Shown: positions 48,991-60,022, counted from the first letter of the stretch. The stretch is 64,000 bases of DNA from an uncultured virus (IMG/VR IMGVR_UViG_3300002026_000101) (IMGVR_UViG_3300002026_000101), one strand, 5' to 3'. The notes: generated by a model from the letters alone, not told the origin. A program made the numbers and translations.

Positions 48991-49353
48991 ATGGGAAAGT
49001 GTAAAAAGCCGAAGCGGATCAAGTTGCCGTCCGTGATTCGTGTTGCCGCGTTTGATGTTGCCATAAAGAACTGGAATCACCTGTCGGCAACTGCGAATGG
49101 GATGTTCGGGTCATGGTCTGCGGTTGAAAGCACGGTCCGTGTCGATACAACCGTCGCGCCGATGAAGGTTCTGGACACGCTGCTTCACGAACTCGGTCAC
49201 GCAATCTACTGGGCGTACGGCATGGATGACGAGGACAAGGAGGAGCGGATTGTGGGTACGTTCGCAACGGCATGGGCTCAGATCTATCGTGATAATCCCG
49301 ACTTCTTGAAATTGATTCCAGAGATAATTGCAATGGCCGACAGCAGGGTATAA
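48991..49353 (+). CDS. small HExxH metallopeptidase-like protein
   Basis: DTLLHELGHAI...EERIV. Confidence 0.65.
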   Translation: MGKCKKPKRIKLPSVIRVAAFDVAIKNWNHLSATANGMFGSWSAVESTVRVDTTVAPMKVLDTLLHELGHAIYWAYGMDDEDKEERIVGTFATAWAQIYRDNPDFLKLIPEIIAMADSRV

Positions 49354-49993
49354 TTAGATCAGTAGAGGCAAAGTGAGACTTCGGGATAGGAAAAGGATTT
49401 TTGACAAGTGGGTTCGCGGGGAGTCGATCTGCGATCTTGCGTACCGGAAGGTGTTTGACAAGTTGCCGTCGGATCAATCCGTCTGGTGTATTGAGGCGAT
49501 TGTCAGGGGGGGGGGGGNNNNNNNNNNNNNNNNNNNNNNNNNNNNNNNNNGGGGGGGGGGGGGGGGGGGGGGGCGGAGGGAGCGGGGGGAAACCCCGAAT
49601 ATGGGAAAGCCATTCAAGGTGACGCTTAGGGAGAGGACGGGAAGGAGATGATCATGGAGTTTGCGGTTGGAGTTATTTGCGGGGTGGCGTTGTCATTTTT
49701 GGCGGGTCTGCTTTTGTCTGTCTGGGCGTTTGACGATAAGGGGAGGGGGTTTAATCCAGACGATGGCTGCTGAATTAAATAGGGTTCAATTAAGAACAAG
49801 GAGACGAAATGAAGTATATCGTGGTGACAGCATCGAGTGATGGGGAATTGGAACAGAAGGTTGCCGCCAAGCTGGGGGATGGGTGTCAGCTTGTGGGAGG
49901 GGTTTCGGTGGTGTGGGTGCCGGGGGCGGGCGAGACGTGGGCTCAGGCAATGGTCTTGTGGCATCAGGAGTAATTAGATAGGAGGTGGAGATC

Positions 49994-51253
49994 ATGGAGT
50001 TTGTGGCATTTCCTAAAATCGCGAGGTTCAGCAGGGAAGTTATCGTAACGGAGAAAATTGATGGGACAAATGGTCAGATAGCGATAAACGAGGCGGGGGA
50101 GTTTCGGGTCGGGAGTCGGGAGAGGTGGATAACCCCGGAGGATGATAACCACGGGTTCGCTGCTTGGGCATACGCCCACAAGGATGAACTGATGGGGCTG
50201 GGGGTAGGCAGGCACGCGGGGGAATGGTGGGGATGTCTTACCCGTGAAACCTCGGTAAGACTCGCGGATGGCAGTCTTGAGAAAATAGGAAAGATTGTGA
50301 ACAACAAACTTGAAGTCGAAGTTATGTCGTATAATTTTGCAACAGGCGTGATAGAGCCAAAGCGGGTTGTTGGATATAAAGTCGCAGAAAAAACCGACGA
50401 TTGGCTGACTATCGAGTTTAAGAGGAAACATAAAGGTGGAAATCAGCCACATCTAAATGTGACTCCGAATCATATTCTATACACTAAAGACGATAGCGGT
50501 CTCATAAAAGAAATATCTGCTGGCGAATTAAAAGTCGGAGACCGAGTTTTTCTGGCTGGGAAAAGAATAACAGAATTGCAAAAGCAACTCCCGTTTGGAT
50601 CAAACGTCGGAGACGGGAGTACCGGGGGTTACAGCTTTCACGTCGGGCACTCCAATCACGATCTGGTTGATGAAGAAATATCCGTATTAGGTGGTCTTAT
50701 ATCAAACGTTCGGTTTCAAACCATTTGGGAATCCCCTCATGCTTCAAATGCTTGTACAATGCAATTGATCGAGACCGAGGTCACGGCTATTACCCGTGAT
50801 TATGCGAATGCGAATCGGTGTAAAAACCGCTACGACATAGAGGTGGAAGACAATCACAACTTTTTTGCAAATGGTGTTCTTGTCCATAATTCGGGGATCC
50901 AGAGGAAGTACGGGCTGGTGAACGAGGACAAGCGATTCAGCCTGTTCAACGTGCAACGCTGGTGCTTGCAGGGGCAGGAGCCGGAGCAGATACAGACGGA
51001 AGACCCACGGGGGGGCAAGATGCAGGAGGTGCTGCCAGCGTGCGTAGGGCTGGTTCCCGTGCTGTGGCGGGGCAAGTTCGATGATCTTGACATACCAGCA
51101 ATCATGGACGGGCTGCGGGAGAACGGGAGCGGTGCGGTCAAGGGCTTTCAACGCCCAGAGGGGATTGTGATCTACCATGTCGCAGGGAACGTGGGCTTTA
51201 AGAAAACATTAGGGAATGATGACATTCCGAAGTCAAGGGTGCGTGGCGTATAA
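49994..51253 (+). CDS. RNA ligase (Rnl2-like nucleotidyltransferase) containing an intein
   Basis: TEKIDGTN (motif I), GSR, GEWWG/SGIQR, PEGIVI. Confidence 0.85.
   Translation: MEFVAFPKIARFSREVIVTEKIDGTNGQIAINEAGEFRVGSRERWITPEDDNHGFAAWAYAHKDELMGLGVGRHAGEWWGCLTRETSVRLADGSLEKIGKIVNNKLEVEVMSYNFATGVIEPKRVVGYKVAEKTDDWLTIEFKRKHKGGNQPHLNVTPNHILYTKDDSGLIKEISAGELKVGDRVFLAGKRITELQKQLPFGSNVGDGSTGGYSFHVGHSNHDLVDEEISVLGGLISNVRFQTIWESPHASNACTMQLIETEVTAITRDYANANRCKNRYDIEVEDNHNFFANGVLVHNSGIQRKYGLVNEDKRFSLFNVQRWCLQGQEPEQIQTEDPRGGKMQEVLPACVGLVPVLWRGKFDDLDIPAIMDGLRENGSGAVKGFQRPEGIVIYHVAGNVGFKKTLGNDDIPKSRVRGV
50234..50890 (+). mobile_element. intein (219 aa) with degenerate endonuclease
   Basis: CLTRET start, VTPNH block B, YDIEVEDNHNFFANGVLVHN/S end; remnant GSNVGDGS. 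Confidence 0.9.
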
Positions 51254-51306
51254 TGGTTGCAGGCAAGGGGATCGGATTTAATTAAATACAAGGGGGATGC
51301 AATTAG

Positions 51307-52404
51307 ATGAAAAAGATTCTGGGGGAAGCGGACAGGGCGTGGCTGGCGGGGCTGAAGGTCGGGGACAAGGCGATTGTGTTGCAGGAGTGCAGTCAGCCGG
51401 TGGAGGCCAAGGTTGCCAGCATGGGTAAGAAGGTCATTAACATTGACGCAATGGACGGCGTGGCAATCAAAATGCGGCTGTATATGTCGCGGGCTACGGG
51501 GCGGGAGCTTAAGCGGGATTTCGATTGCCTGATGGTCAAGCCCACCCCAGCTTTGTTAAAGGAGGCGAGAATCGCAAACGCCAAGGCCCGTATTGATGAT
51601 CTGCTGTGGGGCATGACGACAAAGAGCTTGTCGGTGTATAATACGATTGAGAAGATGATGATCTGGGGAACGGAAAAAGCCAAACCAGTCAAGGCGGTTG
51701 ACAAGGGACGGGNNNNAATTTGGCCCGCGAAAAGTGTTTTTCTTTCATTTTGGCTTCAAGCCATTCATCAAAACGGGGGGGAGGGCAGGGGGAAGGCGCA
51801 GCAGGCGGTTTCCGATCTGCTGGTTGTCATGGCGGCAAATGACATCACGGCGTTCGGGTGTATCCCGAACAGGATACTGGGGTTCAAGACGATCCTGCCA
51901 GCCAAGGTGGAGGGGTGGGTGGAGATTGTTGTCATGGGGCGGGGGTTGCCGAGCTGTGACTGCGACGAAACGGACGATCCTATTCAAGAGGATTGTTGCG
52001 ACAGGGAAGATTGCCCCTGCCACGAGGAATCAGAGCAGCAGGACGAAGGGGACGACATCATCGAGGCCAAGGTGCTTGTGAAGCAGTCGTGGATTGACGC
52101 GTTCATAGGGGTGCCGCTGGAGTACCCGTACGTGGAGATCAGGAATAACGTATCCAAGGAGCTGCGGGGGGAGATGGGGCGGGAGCAGGCGCGGGTCAGG
52201 ATGACCATTGCGGCGATCCGCTACAGGCAGCTCCTCGAATCCGCCTCCCAGCGGCTGCGGCAGGTGGAGCAGGATATGATTGATGCGGGCTTCGTGACCC
52301 CGCCCGATAAGATGTGTCTAGCGGAGCAGTGCGGGGCGTTGTCTGTTGACATTCTTTCAGGCAATACACGCCCGTATGAAACCATGATTAAAGACTTGAA
52401 TTAA
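51307..52404 (+). CDS. hypothetical protein(s); ORF crosses a 4-N gap and may be two genes
   Basis: ORF track, N run at 51713-51716. Confidence 0.45.
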   Translation: MKKILGEADRAWLAGLKVGDKAIVLQECSQPVEAKVASMGKKVINIDAMDGVAIKMRLYMSRATGRELKRDFDCLMVKPTPALLKEARIANAKARIDDLLWGMTTKSLSVYNTIEKMMIWGTEKAKPVKAVDKGRXXIWPAKSVFLSFWLQAIHQNGGEGRGKAQQAVSDLLVVMAANDITAFGCIPNRILGFKTILPAKVEGWVEIVVMGRGLPSCDCDETDDPIQEDCCDREDCPCHEESEQQDEGDDIIEAKVLVKQSWIDAFIGVPLEYPYVEIRNNVSKELRGEMGREQARVRMTIAAIRYRQLLESASQRLRQVEQDMIDAGFVTPPDKMCLAEQCGALSVDILSGNTRPYETMIKDLN

Positions 52405-52620
52405 ATAAGGGAATTAGATATATGTCATTCCTGATTGAAACCAACTCGGTCGGCCAATCCACCCTCGCCGAGCAGGTAGTGGATCAAGGGGAAGACGCCC
52501 GCTTGCCAGACAGGATCGTGTGTCCTATGTGCGGCGGGTTATTTTTCTGCGAGGGCGTGGGGGAGTGCGCTTATTGCTTTCTAGGGTACATCGAGTGCGG
52601 GGAGGGGGGGGGGGACAGCC

Positions 52621-52950
52621 ATGAGGAAACCAAAACCCAAGCAGAGTGAAACAGACGCTTTCATAGCGGACTGGGTCTACTGGGATGTGGCAGATGCAAG
52701 GGTCAACGGGCTGATTGAACTGTGCAAGCGGGTGGAGGAGGAGCGGAATGCTGCGCAAGAGGCGTTCAGGCAGGCCAACAGGGATTTCGGGTGTGAGGGG
52801 AGGGACCCGTACGGTACGATCTGGGACTATGCGGCAAAGCTGCAAGAGGAAAACAAGGCGTTGAAGGACGAGCGGGAGGGCATCGTGAAAGCGGCCACAA
52901 GGCGGCGCAGCGAGCGGGAGGGAATCGGTCAAGGGGAAGGTAGGGGGTAG
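52621..52950 (+). CDS. hypothetical coiled-coil protein
   Basis: 109-aa ORF. Confidence 0.55.
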   Translation: MRKPKPKQSETDAFIADWVYWDVADARVNGLIELCKRVEEERNAAQEAFRQANRDFGCEGRDPYGTIWDYAAKLQEENKALKDEREGIVKAATRRRSEREGIGQGEGRG

Positions 52951-52952
52951 GT

Positions 52953-53315
52953 ATGGCAAACGCGTCAGAATGGCAACCAGACGGCAAAATCGGGAAATCA
53001 ACGAAGCAACCGATTTGCGACGAAGACGGGCTCGGGAAAGAGGATGACTGGTGGGAACCACGATGGACGATAGCGGCGTTCGATGACGGGTCGGGAATGT
53101 GGCTGACGGAGTGGCGGAACTACAGGACGTTCCGAACACACAACGACGACGGAACCGTTTCCCCGTGGTTCGATTCGATCAAGGACTGCAATTCGACGTG
53201 GCAACTGGAACATTCCTATGTCCAGTCGGATATGGCAAAGGCGATCATGGCCTGCTGGAAACACAGCAAGAAGCGAAAGAAGCATAGACGCAGGGAGAGG
53301 GGTGGGAATGAGTGA
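52953..53315 (+). CDS. hypothetical protein
   Basis: 120-aa ORF overlapping the next start. Confidence 0.55.
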   Translation: MANASEWQPDGKIGKSTKQPICDEDGLGKEDDWWEPRWTIAAFDDGSGMWLTEWRNYRTFRTHNDDGTVSPWFDSIKDCNSTWQLEHSYVQSDMAKAIMACWKHSKKRKKHRRRERGGNE

Positions 53316-54390
53316 TTACGAAAAGAAAGGAGCACGCGGGACGGGGTTCATCAAAACTCCGTTCCCGTAGGTAGCGTGGTTCGGTGGAAAGTCAAAAGCG
53401 TCAAGTCTAATCTGGAAGCGACTTGGGGCTGAATGCGGGAATTACATAGAACCATTCTTTGGCTCGGGTACAATCTGCGTCAACAGACCGGAGGCATTCT
53501 CGGGCTGGCTTACGGTTAATGATCTAGACGGCAACATAGCCAACTTCTGGCGGGCTATGCAGCAGGCAGCGGACGCCGTTGCGGAGGCCGCTTGTTGGCC
53601 AGTCAATGAGTGCGATCTCCATGCCAAGCATTTGTGGCTTGTCAACAACCTGCCAAAGCTTGCACCGCGTCTGATGGCCGATCCCGACTATTGCGAGCCG
53701 AGGACGGCGGGCTGGTGGGCTTGGGGGGCGTGCCTGTGGATTGGCAGTTGCTGGTGTGACGGCTCGGGCTCGTGGGGGGCTGCGCCTGATGCTGATGGCG
53801 TGATGGCATTTACAAACGGCGACGGCGGCACGGGCGTCAGCCGGAAGCTCCCCCACCTCGGCGACGGCGGCACGGGCGTCAGCAGGCAGCTCCCCCACCT
53901 CGGCGGCGGCGGCACGGGCGTCAGCCGGAAGCTCCCGCCCATAGGACATGCAGCGCCCGTGACCCCCGGAAACCATCCCGACCGCCTCGAATGGCTGCAA
54001 GCATGGTTTCGCCAAATCCAAGCACGCCTTGCCGACGTCCGTGTCTGCTGTGGCGATTGGGAGCGGATCTGCAGCGTCGGCAGTATGACCCGCAATGGCA
54101 TATGTGCCGTGGTCATGGATCCGCCATACAGCACAACCGAGGCCGTCTATGCGCATGATTCCAGCACGGTATCAACCGAAGTGCGCGAGTGGTGCAAAGC
54201 CAACGGCGGAAACCCGCAGCTACGCATAGCCCTATGCGGACACGATAGCGAACATGGAGAGCTGGAAAAGCAAGGCTGGACGGTAGAAACATGGGATAAA
54301 GCGGGCGGGTACCAAGGCAGTGATGACCGGGAACGGATCTGGTTCTCCCCCCCCTGCAAGCACGACGGCAAACAGATGGACCTCTTTTAA
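53308..54390 (+). pseudogene. Dam-like (D12 class) adenine methyltransferase interrupted by an in-frame TAG
   Basis: KTPFP*VAWFGGKS, YIEPFFGSG, TVNDLDG.IANFWRA and MDPPY all in one frame; TAG at 53368-53370. Confidence 0.8.
53818..53936 (+). repeat. 42-bp tandem repeat x3 inside the Dam-like gene
   Basis: GGCG(A/G)CGGCGGCACGGGCGTCAGC... at 53818, 53860, 53902 encoding GDGGTGVSRKLPHL variants. Confidence 0.92.
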
Positions 54391-54954
54391 CTATACGCGG
54401 GGATAAGCAGTATCAGGAGATGAGACCAGACGAGGATAAACAGGAATCAAAGACCTTATCAAAAACACAGCAAATCAGACGAAAACGCAGGATGCCTTGT
54501 CCTTATCATCCTAGCCCTGTCCATCGCGGGATGCCCCAAAGGATGCGGGTACTAACTAAACCCCAAAATCACACAAACCACACCACCCTACCACACTACT
54601 GCAAACCTATCCTAAAATCACTTTCGCAAAAATGACAATAAGCCAAACCCACATAAATACTTGAACACCCCTATCCACCTATCCACAACCACATATCATA
54701 AACCACTCAAACAAATAAACACGTCAGCGCAAACCACAACTGAATACAGCATAAGGGTAAGGATATATATACACACAACGGGTAGACAACACTGGGTAGC
54801 CCTATAGATATACCACAGTAGGTAAGTGGTCACATATACCCCCACCTGTTACTAACCCCATATTACTACCCACATATTACTACCCCCCCCACATACCCAC
54901 CTACCCCACACCTGTTAACAGATGCACCCGTTAGGTAGCAACTGGTGTAGCCAC

Positions 54955-55085
54955 CTGTTAACATACCTACATATTAACATACCTACAGATTAACATACCC
55001 ACAGATCCCCCCTACATATTAACATACCTACATATTAACATACCCACAGATCCCCCCTACATATTAACATACCTACAGATCCCCC
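54955..55085. repeat. iteron-like 16-bp tandem array
   Basis: ACATACCTACATATTA units with ACAGATCCCCC variants in a non-coding C/A-rich island. Confidence 0.85.
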
Positions 55086-55772
55086 TATCTGTTAGGCAAA
55101 CGGGCGGGGATTTTAGATTTGGCGTGGTTTTCAATTTTGCAATTTTGTGAAATCTGGAAAGATCGGGGGCGGTGTAGAAGTTTTCAACCCAGTGTCGATA
55201 GGGTCGGTGTCGGGGTGGGTGTTTGATTTTGGCGGGAGTGATAAACCGATGGGGGTGTGGGAACACATACATCATATACCTGGGAAAGGCCTGAAATAGG
55301 ACGGCTAATTTTCCAAAGGCAGGTCGCGGGTCGGACAGGGGCAGTTCTACGTGGGGTAATTTTTGTGATTTTTGATTTTGGTAAATAGGACGGTTAAAAT
55401 CACAGTTGGTTTGGGTGTGGTGGTGCGGGGCAGTTGTATGTGGCAAAGTTTTTCTTAATTTTGATTTTGGGATTTTGATTTTTGGGGTATAATAGGGTTG
55501 TGGGGGGTTGTCTGGTGATAGGGGGGGGTGTGATGGGGTGGTTGTCGTGGGGGGTTGCCTGCGACTTAAATGCGGGGGTTGATTATGAAATGTTCGGATT
55601 GTGTGAAGTGGGTAGGTGGGTATTGCGAGGGGGTTGGGGAGAGGGATTGGGGGTTTGGGTGGTGTCAGGATCCAGAGCGGGTGTTTGAGGTTGATGCTGT
55701 GGTGGATGATGACAGTGGTTTGGTGGTGCGATTGAAGACTGGACCTGCGTTTGGGTGTGTTCGGTTTTGTGG

Positions 55773-55801
55773 TAGAAAATCATAGTTGCCTGGTGATAGG
55801 G
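55773..55801 (+). promoter_or_regulatory. motif A promoter
   Basis: TAGAAA-N13-GGTGATAGGG. Confidence 0.7.
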
Positions 55802-57211
55802 TGGTTGTTGGGGGGGTTGGTTCTGGTGGGGTTTAACGGTTTCAGGGTGAGGGGGGGGGGCATGGTATGGGCAAGGCGAGGATGGTGTTTTTTGAGAACA
55901 CGGAGGGCGGGTTTCCCGCCTATGTGAGTTTCCGGAATGGGAGTTTTTGTATGTGGCACTGTGGCTGTGGGCACTACTTCCGGGATGCGGGGATCTGGGG
56001 GATCTACGCGGCGGGGGGGGAGGGTGCTCGGCTTGTGTCGAAGCGGTCGAGAGGCGACACCAGTCATTTTGGTGGGATGGGGCTTGTCGGGGTTAGCGGG
56101 GAGGAGGAGGAGGGCAAAGGACAACAAGGGGTATTTACCAGATGGGGTGGGGTATGACGAAAGCTGAGTTGGATGCGGAGTACGAGGGGCGGCTGCTGGA
56201 GTTGCAGGTCGGGTGTGACCATGTTTTGGATGGGGTTTCTGTTGGGGCTTTTAGTTGTGATTGCTATGGTATGTGTTCGCTGTGCGGGGCGGAGGTTTGG
56301 TTTGAGGTTCGGTTGGAGAGGGATGGGGATGGTTCGGTGGAGGTGGTTTCGTGGCGGCGGTGTGGGGGGCGTGTTGATGGGGGAGGGGTGATTCATCGGT
56401 TTGGAGTTTTGTTGTCCCATGCGGCGATTGCGGAGTACTATCGGAACAATTTTGAGTGGAGTGGGAGGCGAGCGTTGGCGGAGATTATTGGTCTTAGGAT
56501 CAGGGGCAAGGCTATGTCGGAGTGGGGGGGGGCGTTGGGGGGGTAGGGTATGAAAGCTGTCTGGAAGTGGGGGGGTTGCTGGGTTTCTCGGGATGCCGTG
56601 CGATGTGCGAAGAATGGGGGGGGGGGGGGTGATCATGGGTGGTATAGTGGATCGGGTTGATGATTTGACGGACAGGTTGTCTGGGGTTGTGGAGGAGGCG
56701 TATTTGCGTGGGCTGGATCGGGGGTTGTTGAAGGGGGTATCGCGGTTGGAGTGGTTGGCGTCCGTGGTGCCGTCGTCGGTGACAAAGCAGTGGATACTGG
56801 ATCAGGCGGGGCGTCAGGGGCGGGTGTTGGCGGCGATGATGTCTGGGGGGGATGGGGTGGGACGTGGTGGTTCATCCTAAAAACTAGGGGTGCGGTTATG
56901 GGTGGTAAGAAATATGATCCTGCTGACAATTACAGGCCGCTGGCGGATTCGCGGTTCTGCGACATTGATGGTCGCACGGTCAAGTTGACGGTGGGGCAGC
57001 GGGGGGAGTTGGAGGGGGTGGGGCGGGAGCATGATCTGGTGCGTAGCTGGTTCGCGCTGGAGCGGGGGAGGAGTCGGTACAATCGGGTGGGGGAGACGGG
57101 GGCGGAGTTGGTTCGGGTACAGGCAAAGCTGGGGGTGTGGTTGATACACCCGTGCAATGCACATGCTGGGCTTTCCGTGGATGACCCGGGGATTGTGGAG
57201 GACTTGGTGGT

Positions 57212-57484
57212 ATGAAGCGGTTTTACAGTGACTGCGTTGGGTGGCCGAAGGCTGATGTCCGGGACGGGCTGATGGCGATGGTTGACGGTGGGCGGCAGAT
57301 AACGCGGGGTACGTTCTTGCGTCATGTTGATAGGGGGGGGGTTGCGGAGTTGGAGGAGCGGCTCGGGTACGGGGCGTGGATGCGGATGAGCGGGGATAGG
57401 TACGTTCGGTATTTCAAGGGCAAGCTGCACGGCAAGGTGGCGGTGTGGTTTGAGCATTCCGCGATAGAGTACGTGTTCGTGTAA
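57212..57484 (+). CDS. hypothetical phage protein
   Basis: 90-aa ORF coupled to upstream stop. Confidence 0.6.
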   Translation: MKRFYSDCVGWPKADVRDGLMAMVDGGRQITRGTFLRHVDRGGVAELEERLGYGAWMRMSGDRYVRYFKGKLHGKVAVWFEHSAIEYVFV

Positions 57485-57904
57485 GGGGGTATGATATGGG
57501 TGAGTGCAAGGCTGATGTAGGCTGCTGGGTGTGTCAGCATCGCGGGGAGATTGGGGGGGGGGNNNNNNNNNNNNNNNNNNNNNNNNNNNNNNNNNNNNNN
57601 NNNNNNNNNNNNNNNNNNNNNNNNNGGGGGGGTATTGCAGGGGGTTACGATCTGCTGCTGGGGCTGCGTGCGATTCGTTTGCACTTGACGGGGGTTATAT
57701 CGGGAGGAGGACGGCTGACCGGCTGGCGGGCGACGTGGTGGTTTTTGCTGACATTCGGGACGGGGTGGTAGGGATGACGGGGGATGATCGTGCGTTTCGG
57801 GTGGAGGTGTTGCGGCGGTTCGTGCCGCCGCGTGACGGGGAGCCCGTGCGGGCCTTGTTTTTCGCTGGGTCGGAGTCGACGCAGGGGGTGGTTTGTTCGG
57901 CGGA

Positions 57905-57962
57905 GTAGAAAAGCTGGCGTTGTTGGTGATAGGGGAGTGTAGGCAATGGGGCCTGCAAAGAA
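57905..57962 (+). repeat. 58-bp promoter/hairpin cassette, copy 1 of 3 identical
   Basis: GTAGAAAAGCTGGCGTTGTTGGTGATAGGGGAGTGTAGGCAATGGGGCCTGCAAAGAA. Confidence 0.95.
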
Positions 57963-57975
57963 GCGGGAGGTTCGG

Positions 57976-58164
57976 ATGAGGGCTCGGAATCAGAAGCGGT
58001 TTTCGGTGAAGGCAGACGCAGTGTCATTTGCCAAGCAGCAACAGGCTGCTGGGCATCGGGTTAGAATTGCACACCAGGGGATTCGCGATTGGTGCGACGT
58101 GGTGTCGGCTGACTATTATTATGCGATTTATGGAATCGCAGTCCGCCACCCGCAGCAGTTTTAA
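57976..58164 (+). CDS. hypothetical protein
   Basis: ATG after the GGGAGG RBS of the cassette. Confidence 0.6.
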   Translation: MRARNQKRFSVKADAVSFAKQQQAAGHRVRIAHQGIRDWCDVVSADYYYAIYGIAVRHPQQF

Positions 58165-59108
58165 TTTTGAAGGGGGGGGNNNNNNNNNNNNNNNNNNNNN
58201 NNNNNNNNNNNNNNNNGGGGGGGGGGGGGGGGGGGGTGACGGTTTACGAATTACAGGATAAGATTTTGGGGCAGTTGCCGTGGGGGACTGTTGTCGTGGG
58301 GGAGGTGTTCATGTTTATTCGACATTGTCGGGACAATTTCATGGATTGCTTGGCGGCGTTGATCGCTGGGAATGACACGCAGCATCTGATGGGGGATTGC
58401 CAGACTTGCAAGCTGATCAAACGGTTGGAGGAGGAGGAGGTGGTGGGATGTTAGGGGTAGTTCGATTTTCACTCTGTATTGTGTTTTCCGTAGCGTACAT
58501 TTGGTTGCTTGGTCTGGCGATACTTTTCGGGGTTGCCACGATGCCAAAACGGGGGGAAGTGGATCCGTTCCTGAAGGGGCTGTGGAGGTGGCTGTCGGAT
58601 ACCAAGGGGCTGACCTGCTGATTCCCGCAACCGCCCGGCAACGGTGTGAAGCGTTTCTTATAGTTATGGGGGCGGGTAAGGCATGAATGATTATTGGGAT
58701 AAGGATGGTACAATCTGCCCGTCGTGCCCGCATTGCGGTAGCGATGTGGTGGAGGACGAGGAATGGGGTGACGGGGGTTGTCACTACAGGTACGTGTACG
58801 GTAAGTGTGGTGAATGCAACCACGGGTGGCCGATAAGGCGTTTGGAGAACTACGGGGGTACGATCACTGTTGTACCGCTGGGTCTGGACGGACGGCCTGT
58901 TGGGGTAGGTTATGCGGTGCTTGGTGAATAAGGAGGTGGGTTATGGATGCTAAGGGTGGTTGGCAGGGGTTGCTGGGGCGGAAAACGGAGCCGTTGAAGA
59001 AGGGGGACGAAAAGGTTTATTTCTTCGAGCCTTTGGAAAAAGAAATATCCGTTGAGGATATGCAGAAGATTATGGATGTAAACGAGAAAATAGTTAAGGG
59101 GTTGAAAG

Positions 59109-59867
59109 ATGTCAAAGATTGAATTGATACAAGGCGATTGCTTGGATGTGATGAGACATATTCCCGACAAAAGCGTTGATATGATTCTCTGTGATCTGCC
59201 ATATGGAACGACTGCCTGCAAATGGGATGTTGTTATTCCCTTTGAACCTCTTTGGGAGCAATATAAACGGCTGATTAAAAATAACGGGGCGATAGTGCTG
59301 ACGGCAAGCCAACCGTTTACAAGTGCGCTGGTGATGAGTAATCCGGGGATGTTTAAGTATGAGTGGATTTGGGATAAAGTACAACCGACTGGGGCATTAA
59401 CCGTAAAGAAGATGCCAATGAAGCAACATGAGAATATCCTTGTTTTTTATAATCAACAGCCGACATATAATCGACAAATGGCTGATAGAAAAAAAGAAGA
59501 TTTGAGAGTGAATGCGGTTAGGAACAAGAATAATCAAAAAACAAACTTTGGATATGAACATATTGGTGGGATGGTAATGAAGTACGCTGCCGATTATGAC
59601 CAAACGAAAGTTAATCCAAAAACAATTATTACTTTTTCAAAACAGCCGACAAGGACGAAGAATGAACACCCCACCCAAAAACCAGTAGCCCTCTTTGAAT
59701 ACCTTATCAAAACCTACACCAACGAAGGCGACCTAGTATTAGATAACTGCGCGGGTAGTGGAACAACTGGCGTGGCTTGTAAAAATCTCAACCGCAACTT
59801 TATCGGAATAGAGAAAGACCCTGAGTATTTCAAAATTGCAGAGAAGCGAATAAATGAAAATCTATAA
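59109..59867 (+). CDS. N4/N6 DNA methyltransferase (beta class)
   Basis: GDCLDVM, CDLPYG, HPTQKP, VLDNCAGSGTT; AT-rich. Confidence 0.92.
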   Translation: MSKIELIQGDCLDVMRHIPDKSVDMILCDLPYGTTACKWDVVIPFEPLWEQYKRLIKNNGAIVLTASQPFTSALVMSNPGMFKYEWIWDKVQPTGALTVKKMPMKQHENILVFYNQQPTYNRQMADRKKEDLRVNAVRNKNNQKTNFGYEHIGGMVMKYAADYDQTKVNPKTIITFSKQPTRTKNEHPTQKPVALFEYLIKTYTNEGDLVLDNCAGSGTTGVACKNLNRNFIGIEKDPEYFKIAEKRINENL

Positions 59868-60022
59868 AATCACAGGATTTATTTATGTCTAAAACAATAT
59901 CAGAAGAACAAAGAAAGAAGATAAGCGAGTCGATGAATGGTCGCAAACTATCTAAAGAACATAAAGCCAAACTTCGTGAATCTATGAAGGCCAGGGGTAG
60001 GGATTTTCTGGATGAGCTTTGA
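59854..60022 (+). pseudogene. GIY-YIG/NUMOD3 homing endonuclease remnant
   Basis: MKIYKIT...* followed in another frame by SEEQRKKISES.NG and LSKEHKAKLRES. Confidence 0.6.

Noticed and set aside
5157..53370. Amber (TAG) recoding suggested by in-frame TAGs at 5157, 18628 and 53368 followed by protein-like sequence
   Set aside because: Long genes have no internal TAG, many genes end in TAG at clear boundaries, no CTA-anticodon tRNA is seen, and at least two of the three cases lie in damaged genes. Comparing code 11 and code 15 coding density would settle it.
54955..55085. CRISPR or coding repeat
   Set aside because: Units are directly tandem with no unique spacers and no credible ORF.
48313..58235. 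Poly-G tracts as phase-variation or G-quadruplex elements
   Set aside because: The longest tracts border N gaps, so their length and reality cannot be judged; sequencing dropout is likely.
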